Made by a program: the position numbers and the translations under genes. This document shows positions 42,291-52,700 of a stretch of 64,000 bases of DNA, in pieces (the stretch's first letter is position 1; each line of letters opens with the position of its first letter). The notes below the pieces were generated by a model. The model worked only from the letters and a program-made list of their open reading frames with translations, was not told the origin of the DNA and ran no database searches. Source of the DNA: Auanema rhodensis (lineage: Eukaryota > Animalia > Nematoda); assembly GCA_964057225.1 (NCBI GenBank), contig OZ059897.1:868001-932000 (forward strand). Reading direction: 5' to 3'.

Positions 42291-45200
42291 TTGTATTGAA
42301 CGTTTCTTAATGTATTATAGTGCATTCGATGCGGATTTTTAAGCTGCTTCGATCTGTGTTATCAGATTTGCACTAGCTTAAAAATGAACCGAGATATCAA
42401 CTGATATAAGTTCACACTTATATCCTCGATTTTCACCCTGAAGAATTAATTTTTTCGTTGAATAACATTGTCCATCGTCTTCGCCTTGAAAAAAGAAATC
42501 TAAAAACATCTACTTTTAGTAAAATTATCTTGAAATTTTTCAGGAAAATTTTTGTCAAAATGTTTTTGGAAGCAATGTTGAGTGTACATGGAAACTCAAC
42601 ATACACTAATGCAACATTTTTTAAACAATCATAACTAATTTTTGTATTGAGCGTTTCTTAATGTATTATAGTGCATTCGATGCGGATTTTTAAGCTGCTT
42701 CGATCTGTGTTATCAGATTTGCGCTAGCTTAGAAATGCACCGAGATATCAACTGATATAAGTTCACACTTATATCCTCGATTTTCACCCTGAAGAATTAA
42801 TTTTTTCGTTGAATAACATTGTCCATCGTCTTCGCCTTGAAAAAAGAAATCTAAAAACATCTACTTTTGGTAAAATTATTTTGAAATTTTTCAGGAAAAT
42901 TTTTGTCAAAATGTTTTTGGAAGCAATGTTGAGTGTACATGGAAACTCAACATACACTAATGCAACATTTTTTAAACAATCATAACTAATTTTTGTATTG
43001 AGCGTTTCTTAATGTATTATAGTACATTCGATGCGGATTTTTAAGCTGCGTCGATCTGTGTTATCAGATTTGAGTTAGCTTAAAAATGCACCGAGATATC
43101 AACTGATATAAGTTCACACTTATATCCTCGATTTTCACCCTGAAAAATTAATTTTTTCGTTGAATAACATTGTCCATCGTCTTCGCCTTGAAAAAAGAAA
43201 TTTAAAAATATCTACTTTTCGTAAAATTATCTTGAAATTTCTCAGGAAAATTTTTGTCAAAATGTTTTTGGAAGCAATGTTGAGTGTACATGGAAACTCA
43301 ACATACACTAATGCAACATTTTTTAAACAATCATAACTAATTTTTGTATTGAGCGTTTCTTAATGTATTATAGTGCATTCGATGCGGATTTTTAAGCTGC
43401 TTCGATCTGTGTTATCAGATTTGCGCTAGCTTAGAAATGCACCGAGATATCAACTGATATAAGTTCACACTTATATCCTCGATTTTCACCCTGAAGAATT
43501 AATTTTTTCGTTGAATAACATTGTCCATCGTCTTCGCCTTGAAAAAAGAAATCTAAAAACATCTACTTTTGGTAAAATTATTTTGAAATTTTTCAGGAAA
43601 ATTTTTGTCAAAATGTTTTTGGAAGCAATGTTGAGTGTACATGGAAACTCAACATACACTAATGCAACATTTTTTAAACAATCATAACTAATTTTTGTAT
43701 TGAGCGTTTCTTAATGTATTATAGTGCATTCGATGCGGATTTTTAAGCTGCTTCGATCTGTGTTATCAGATTTGCGCTAGCTTAGAAATGCACCGAGATA
43801 TCAACTGATATAAGTTCACACTTATATCCTCGATTTTCACCCTGAAGAATTAATTTTTTCGTTGAATAACATTGTCCATCGTCTTCGCCTTGAAAAAAAA
43901 AATCTAAAAACATCTACTTTTCGTAAAATTATCTTGAAATTTCTCAGGAAAATTTTTGTCAAAATGTTTTTGGAAGCAATGTTGAGTGTACATGGAAACT
44001 CAACATACACTAATGCAACATTTATTAAACAATCATAACTAATTTTTGTATTGAGCGTTTCTTAATGTATTATAGTGCATTCGATGCGGATTTTTAAGCT
44101 GCTTCGATCTGTGTTATCAGATTTGCGCTAGCTTAGAAATGCACCGAGATATCAACTGATATAAGTTCACACTTATATCCTCGATTTTCACCCTGAAGAA
44201 TTAATTTTTTCGTTGAATAACATTGTCCATCGTCTTCGCCTTGAAAAAAGGAATTTAAAAACATCTACTTTTTGTGAAATTATTTTGAAATTTTTCGGGA
44301 AAATTTTTGTCAAAATGTTTTTGGAAGCAATGTTGAGTGTACATGGAAACTCAACATACACTAATGCATCTTTTTTCAAACAATCATAAATACTTTTGTA
44401 TTGAGCGTTTCTCAATGTAATATAGTGCATTCGAAACGGATTTTTAAGCTGCGTCGATCTGTGTTATCAGATTTGCGCTAGCTTAAAAATGCACCGAGAT
44501 ATCAACTGATATAAGTTCACACTTATATCCTCGATTTTCACCCTGAAGATATAATTTTTTCGTTGAATAACATTGTCCATCGTCTTCGCCTTGAAAAAAG
44601 GAATTTAAAAACATCTACTTTTTGTGAAATTATTTTGAAATTTTTCGGGAAAATTTTTGTCAAAATGTTTTTGGAAGCAATGTTGAGTGTACATGGAAAC
44701 TCAACATACACTAATGCATAATTTTTTAAACAATCATAACTAATTTTTGTATTGAGCGTTTCTTAATGTATTATAGTGCATTCGATGCGGATTTTTAAGC
44801 TGCGTCGATCTGTGTTATCAGATTTGAGTTAGCTTAAAAATGCACCGAGATATCAACTGATATAAGTTCACACTTATAACCTCGATTTTCACCCTGAAGA
44901 ATTAATTTTTTCGTTGAATAACATTGTCCATCGTCTTCGCCTTGAAAAAAGGAATTTAAAAACATCTACTTTTTGTGAAATTATTTTGAAATTTTTCGGG
45001 AAAATTTTATTCAAAATGTTTTTGGAAGCAATGTTGAGTGTACATGGAAACTCAACATACACTAATGCATAATTTTTTAAACAATCATAACTAATTTTTG
45101 TATTGAGCGTTTCTTAATGTATTATAGTGCATTCGATGCGGATTTTTAAGCTGCGTCGATCTGTGTTATCAGATTTGAGTTAGCTTAAAAATGCACCGAG

Positions 45201-45794
45201 ATATCAACTGATATAAGTTCACACTTATATCCTCGATTTTCACCCTGAAGAATTAATTTTTTCGTTGAATAACATTGTCCATCGTCTTCGCCTTGAAAAA
45301 AGAAATCTAAAAACATCTACTTTTGGTAAAATTATTTTGAAATTTTTCAGGAAAATTTTTGTCAAAATGTTTTTGGAATCAATGTTGAGTGTACATGGAA
45401 ACTCAACATACACTAATGCATAATTTTTTAAACGATCATAACTAATTTTTTATTGAGCGTTTCTTAATGTATTATAGTGCATTCGATGCGGATTTTTAAG
45501 CTGCTTCGATCTGTGTTATCAGATTTGCGCTAGCTTAGAAATGCACCGAGATATCAACTGATATAAGTTCACACTTATATCCTCGATTTTCACCCTGAAG
45601 AATTAATTTTTTCGTTGAATAACATTGTCCATCGTCTTCGCCTTGAAAAAAGGTATTTAAAAACATCTACTTTTTGTGAAATTATTTTGAAATTTTTCGG
45701 GAAAATTTTTGTCAAAATGTTTTTGGAAGCAATGTTGAGTGTACATGGAAACTCAACATACACTAATGCATCATTTTTCAAACGATCATAACTA

Positions 45795-45815
45795 ATTTTT
45801 GCTAGCTCTAGCTGG
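45795..45815. other. Direct junction between the 351-bp and 182-bp arrays
   Basis: ...CATAACTAATTTTTG|CTAGCTCTAGCTGGTTTTC... Array 1 would continue TATTGAGCG. The array 2 consensus resumes at GCTCTAGCTGG, with no intervening unique DNA. Confidence 0.97.
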
Positions 45816-45854
45816 TTTTCAATTTTTATGAGATTTTTCATCATCTTACAACAA

Positions 45855-45866
45855 ATTCAATTGAAT
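45855..45866. repeat. Perfect 12-bp palindrome in each 182-bp monomer
   Basis: ATTCAATTGAAT is its own reverse complement and was unchanged in the monomers I inspected. Confidence 0.9.
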
Positions 45867-45959
45867 CTAACATGAAATAATTATTCGTTTTGAAAAGCAT
45901 TGAATATCATTGTTCCTTGTAATAATTGATTTGAATATTGCTTCGTTTGTTTTAAGATT

Positions 45960-48900
45960 TTGCTACTGCATAGCTTCAGTTTGCTGCTCTAGCTGGTTTT
46001 CAATTTTTGTTAGATTTTTCATCATCTTACAACAAATTCAATTGAATCTAACATGAATTATTTTTTCGTTTTGAAAAGCATTGAATATCATTGTTCCTTA
46101 TAATATTGGATTTGAATATTGCTTCGTTAGTTTTATGATTTTTGCTACTGTATAGCTTCAGTTTGCTGCTCTAGCTGGTTTTTAATTTTTATGAGATTTT
46201 TCATCATCTTACAACAAATTCAATTGAATCTAACATGAAATAATTATTCGTTTTGAAAAGCATTGAATATCATTGTTCCTTATAATATTGGATTTGAATA
46301 TTGCTTCGTTAGTTTTATGATTTTTGCTACTACATGTCATGTGTTTACTGCTCTAGCTGGTTTTCAATTTTTATGAGATTTTTCATCATCTTACAACAAA
46401 TTCAATTGAATCTAACATGAATCATTTTTTCGTTTTGAAAAGCATTGAATATCATTGTTCCTTGTAATATTGGATTTGATTATTTCTTTGTTAGCTTTAT
46501 GATTTTTGCTACTGTATAGCTTCAGTTTGCTGCTCTAGCTGGTTTTCCATTTTTATGAGATTTTTCATCATCTTATAACAAATTCAATTGAATCTAACAT
46601 GAATTATTTTTTCGTTTTGAAAAGCATTGAATATCATTGTTCCTTGTAATATTGGATTTGATTATTGCTTTGTTAGCTTTATGATTTTTGCTACTGTATA
46701 GCTTCAGTTTGCTGCTCTAGCTGGTTTTCAATTTTTATGAGATTTTTCATCATCTTACAACAAATTCAATTGAATCTAACATGAAATAATTTTTCGTTTT
46801 GAAAAGCATTGAATATCATTGTTCCTTGTAATATTGGATTTGATTATTGCTTTGTTAGCTTTATGATTTTTGCTACTGTATAGCTTCAGTTTGCTGCTCT
46901 AGCTGGTTTTCAATTTTTATGAGATTTTTCATCATCTTACAACAAATTCAATTGAATCTAACATGAAATAATTTTTCGTTTTGAAAAGCATTGAATATCA
47001 TTGTTCCTTATAATATTGGATTTGAATATTGCTTCGTTAGTTTTATGATTTTTGCTACTGTATAGCTTCAGTTTGCTGCTCTAGCTGGTTTTCAATTTTT
47101 ATGAGATTTTTCATCATCTTATAACAAATTCAATTGAATCTAACATGAATTATTTTTTCGTTTTGAAAAGCATTGAATATCATTGTTCCTTGTAATATTG
47201 GATTTGATTATTGCTTTGTTAGCTTTATGATTTTTGCTACTGTATAGCTTCAGTTTGCTGCTCTAGCTGGTTTTCAATTTTTATGAGATTTTTCATCATC
47301 TTACAACAAATTCAATTGAATCTAACATGAAATAATTTTTCGTTTTGAAAAGCATTGAATATCATTGTTCCTTGTAATATTGGATTTGATTATTGCTTTG
47401 TTAGCTTTATGATTTTTGCTACTGTATAGCTTCAGTTTGCTGCTCTAGCTGGTTTTCAATTTTTATGAGATTTTTCATCATCTTACAACAAATTCAATTG
47501 AATCTAACATGAAATAATTTTTCGTTTTGAAAAGCATTGAATATCATTGTTCCTTATAATATTGGATTTGAATATTGCTTCGTTAGTTTTATGATTTTTG
47601 CTACTACATGTCATGTGTTTACTGCTCTAGCTGGTTTTCAATTTTTATGAGATTTTTCATCATCTTACAACAAATTCAATTGAATCTAACATGAATTATT
47701 TTTTCGTTTTGAAAAGCATTGAATATCATTGTTCCTTGTAATATTGGATTTGATTATTACTTTGTTAGCTTTATGATTTTGCTACTGTATAGCTTCAGTT
47801 TGCTGCTCTAGCTGGTTTTCAATTTTTATGAGAATTTTCATCATCTTACAACAAATTCAATTGAATCTAACATGAAATAATTTTTCGTTTTGAAAAGCAT
47901 TGAATATCATTGTTCCTTATAATATTGGATTTGATTATTACTTTGTTAGCTTTATGATTTTTGCTACTGTATAGCTTCAGTTTGCTGCTCTAGCTGGTTT
48001 TCAATTTTTATGAGATTTTTCATCATCTTACAACAAATTCAATTGAATCTAACATGAAATAATTTTTCGTTTTGAAAAGCATTGAATATCATTGTTCCTT
48101 ATAATATTGGATTTGATTATTACTTTGTTAGCTTTATGATTTTTGCTACTGCATAGCTTCAGTTTGCTGCTCTAGCTGGTTTTCAATTTTTGTTAGATTT
48201 TTCATCATCTTACAACAAATTCAATTGAATCTAACATGAATTATTTTTTCGTTTTGAAAAGCATTGAATATCATTGTTCCTTATAATATTGGATTTGAAT
48301 ATTGCTTCGTTAGTTTTATGATTTTTGCTACTGTATAGCTTCAGTTTGCTGCTCTAGCTGGTTTTTAATTTTTATGAGATTTTTCATCATCTTACAACAA
48401 ATTCAATTGAATCTAACATGAAATAATTATTCGTTTTGAAAAGCATTGAATATCATTGTTCCTTATAATATTGGATTTGAATATTGCTTCGTTAGTTTTA
48501 TGATTTTTGCTACTACATGTCATGTGTTTACTGCTCTAGCTGGTTTTCAATTTTTATGAGATTTTTCATCATCTTACAACAAATTCAATTGAATCTAACA
48601 TGAATCATTTTTTCGTTTTGAAAAGCATTGAATATCATTGTTCCTTGTAATATTGGATTTGATTATTTCTTTGTTAGCTTTATGATTTTTGCTACTGTAT
48701 AGCTTCAGTTTGCTGCTCTAGCTGGTTTTCCATTTTTATGAGATTTTTCATCATCTTATAACAAATTCAATTGAATCTAACATGAATTATTTTTTCGTTT
48801 TGAAAAGCATTGAATATCATTGTTCCTTGTAATATTGGATTTGATTATTGCTTTGTTAGCTTTATGATTTTTGCTACTGTATAGCTTCAGTTTGCTGCTC

Positions 48901-49780
48901 TAGCTGGTTTTCAATTTTTATGAGATTTTTCATCATCTTACAACAAATTCAATTGAATCTAACATGAAATAATTTTTCGTTTTGAAAAGCATTGAATATC
49001 ATTGTTCCTTGTAATATTGGATTTGATTATTGCTTTGTTAGCTTTATGATTTTTGCTACTGTATAGCTTCAGTTTGCTGCTCTAGCTGGTTTTCAATTTT
49101 TATGAGATTTTTCATCATCTTACAACAAATTCAATTGAATCTAACATGAAATAATTTTTCGTTTTGAAAAGCATTGAATATCATTGTTCCTTATAATATT
49201 GGATTTGAATATTGCTTCGTTAGTTTTATGATTTTTGCTACTGTATAGCTTCAGTTTGCTGCTCTAGCTGGTTTTCAATTTTTATGAGATTTTTCATCAT
49301 CTTATAACAAATTCAATTGAATCTAACATGAATTATTTTTTCGTTTTGAAAAGCATTGAATATCATTGTTCCTTGTAATATTGGATTTGATTATTGCTTT
49401 GTTAGCTTTATGATTTTTGCTACTGTATAGCTTCAGTTTGCTGCTCTAGCTGGTTTTCAATTTTTATGAGATTTTTCATCATCTTACAACAAATTCAATT
49501 GAATCTAACATGAAATAATTTTTCGTTTTGAAAAGCATTGAATATCATTGTTCCTTGTAATATTGGATTTGATTATTGCTTTGTTAGCTTTATGATTTTT
49601 GCTACTGTATAGCTTCAGTTTGCTGCTCTAGCTGGTTTTCAATTTTTATGAGATTTTTCATCATCTTACAACAAATTCAATTGAATCTAACATGAAATAA
49701 TTTTTCGTTTTGAAAAGCATTGAATATCATTGTTCCTTATAATATTGGATTTGAATATTGCTTCGTTAGTTTTATGATTT
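45960..49780. repeat. 12-monomer (2183 bp) HOR in array 2; the second copy is extended by a 3-monomer (546 bp) duplication
   Basis: The ACATGTCATGT marker is at 46332 and 48515 (2183 apart); the next equivalent is at 51244 (2729 = 2183 + 546). GAATCATTT and TTTTCCATT variants follow the same spacing. Confidence 0.85.
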
Positions 49781-52700
49781 TTGCTACTGTATAGCTTCAG
49801 TTTGCTGCTCTAGCTGGTTTTCAATTTTTATGAGATTTTTCATCATCTTATAACAAATTCAATTGAATCTAACATGAATTATTTTTTCGTTTTGAAAAGC
49901 ATTGAATATCATTGTTCCTTGTAATATTGGATTTGATTATTGCTTTGTTAGCTTTATGATTTTTGCTACTGTATAGCTTCAGTTTGCTGCTCTAGCTGGT
50001 TTTCAATTTTTATGAGATTTTTCATCATCTTACAACAAATTCAATTGAATCTAACATGAAATAATTTTTCGTTTTGAAAAGCATTGAATATCATTGTTCC
50101 TTGTAATATTGGATTTGATTATTGCTTTGTTAGCTTTATGATTTTTGCTACTGTATAGCTTCAGTTTGCTGCTCTAGCTGGTTTTCAATTTTTATGAGAT
50201 TTTTCATCATCTTACAACAAATTCAATTGAATCTAACATGAAATAATTTTTCGTTTTGAAAAGCATTGAATATCATTGTTCCTTATAATATTGGATTTGA
50301 ATATTGCTTCGTTAGTTTTATGATTTTTGCTACTACATGTCATGTGTTTACTGCTCTAGCTGGTTTTCAATTTTTATGAGATTTTTCATCATCTTACAAC
50401 AAATTCAATTGAATCTAACATGAATTATTTTTTCGTTTTGAAAAGCATTGAATATCATTGTTCCTTGTAATATTGGATTTGATTATTACTTTGTTAGCTT
50501 TATGATTTTGCTACTGTATAGCTTCAGTTTGCTGCTCTAGCTGGTTTTCAATTTTTATGAGAATTTTCATCATCTTACAACAAATTCAATTGAATCTAAC
50601 ATGAAATAATTTTTCGTTTTGAAAAGCATTGAATATCATTGTTCCTTATAATATTGGATTTGATTATTACTTTGTTAGCTTTATGATTTTTGCTACTGTA
50701 TAGCTTCAGTTTGCTGCTCTAGCTGGTTTTCAATTTTTATGAGATTTTTCATCATCTTACAACAAATTCAATTGAATCTAACATGAAATAATTTTTCGTT
50801 TTGAAAAGCATTGAATATCATTGTTCCTTATAATATTGGATTTGATTATTACTTTGTTAGCTTTATGATTTTTGCTACTGCATAGCTTCAGTTTGCTGCT
50901 CTAGCTGGTTTTCAATTTTTGTTAGATTTTTCATCATCTTACAACAAATTCAATTGAATCTAACATGAATTATTTTTTCGTTTTGAAAAGCATTGAATAT
51001 CATTGTTCCTTATAATATTGGATTTGAATATTGCTTCGTTAGTTTTATGATTTTTGCTACTGTATAGCTTCAGTTTGCTGCTCTAGCTGGTTTTTAATTT
51101 TTATGAGATTTTTCATCATCTTACAACAAATTCAATTGAATCTAACATGAAATAATTATTCGTTTTGAAAAGCATTGAATATCATTGTTCCTTATAATAT
51201 TGGATTTGAATATTGCTTCGTTAGTTTTATGATTTTTGCTACTACATGTCATGTGTTTACTGCTCTAGCTGGTTTTCAATTTTTATGAGATTTTTCATCA
51301 TCTTACAACAAATTCAATTGAATCTAACATGAATCATTTTTTCGTTTTGAAAAGCATTGAATATCATTGTTCCTTGTAATATTGGATTTGATTATTTCTT
51401 TGTTAGCTTTATGATTTTTGCTACTGTATAGCTTCAGTTTGCTGCTCTAGCTGGTTTTCCATTTTTATGAGATTTTTCATCATCTTATAACAAATTCAAT
51501 TGAATCTAACATGAATTATTTTTTCGTTTTGAAAAGCATTGAATATCATTGTTCCTTGTAATATTGGATTTGATTATTGCTTTGTTAGCTTTATGATTTT
51601 TGCTACTGTATAGCTTCAGTTTGCTGCTCTAGCTGGTTTTCAATTTTTATGAGATTTTTCATCATCTTACAACAAATTCAATTGAATCTAACATGAAATA
51701 ATTTTTCGTTTTGAAAAGCATTGAATATCATTGTTCCTTGTAATATTGGATTTGATTATTGCTTTGTTAGCTTTATGATTTTTGCTACTGTATAGCTTCA
51801 GTTTGCTGCTCTAGCTGGTTTTCAATTTTTATGAGATTTTTCATCATCTTACAACAAATTCAATTGAATCTAACATGAAATAATTTTTCGTTTTGAAAAG
51901 CATTGAATATCATTGTTCCTTATAATATTGGATTTGAATATTGCTTCGTTAGTTTTATGATTTTTGCTACTGTATAGCTTCAGTTTGCTGCTCTAGCTGG
52001 TTTTCAATTTTTATGAGATTTTTCATCATCTTATAACAAATTCAATTGAATCTAACATGAATTATTTTTTCGTTTTGAAAAGCATTGAATATCATTGTTC
52101 CTTGTAATATTGGATTTGATTATTGCTTTGTTAGCTTTATGATTTTTGCTACTGTATAGCTTCAGTTTGCTGCTCTAGCTGGTTTTCAATTTTTATGAGA
52201 TTTTTCATCATCTTACAACAAATTCAATTGAATCTAACATGAAATAATTTTTCGTTTTGAAAAGCATTGAATATCATTGTTCCTTGTAATATTGGATTTG
52301 ATTATTGCTTTGTTAGCTTTATGATTTTTGCTACTGTATAGCTTCAGTTTGCTGCTCTAGCTGGTTTTCAATTTTTATGAGATTTTTCATCATCTTACAA
52401 CAAATTCAATTGAATCTAACATGAAATAATTTTTCGTTTTGAAAAGCATTGAATATCATTGTTCCTTATAATATTGGATTTGAATATTGCTTCGTTAGTT
52501 TTATGATTTTTGCTACTACATGTCATGTGTTTACTGCTCTAGCTGGTTTTCAATTTTTATGAGATTTTTCATCATCTTACAACAAATTCAATTGAATCTA
52601 ACATGAATTATTTTTTCGTTTTGAAAAGCATTGAATATCATTGTTCCTTGTAATATTGGATTTGATTATTACTTTGTTAGCTTTATGATTTTGCTACTGT

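Larger units (their letters stand above)
1..45801. repeat. Tandem satellite array 1: 351-bp AT-rich monomer, ~130.5 head-to-tail copies (continues beyond the left edge)
   Basis: CCATCGTCTT recurs at 1, 352, 703 and onward. All ORF-track left coordinates from 313 to 44188 equal 313 + n x 351. Monomers differ at a limited set of recurrent positions and all lie in one orientation. Confidence 0.99.

Noticed and set aside
1-45801. Giant repetitive protein gene (351 bp = 117 codons)
   Set aside because: No ORF in the six-frame track spans a monomer or exceeds 84 aa, so there is no continuous reading frame.
1-45801. Tandem 5S rRNA, tRNA, snRNA or spliced-leader RNA gene array (hairpins plus an Sm-like AATTTTT(T)G)
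   Set aside because: I recognise no 5S, tRNA, U-snRNA or SL sequence, and Sm-like T runs are expected by chance here. An Rfam cmscan of both consensuses would settle it.
44188-45844. 80-aa and 84-aa ORFs
   Set aside because: These are extensions of the same spurious frame, caused by a 1-bp deletion and by the array junction.
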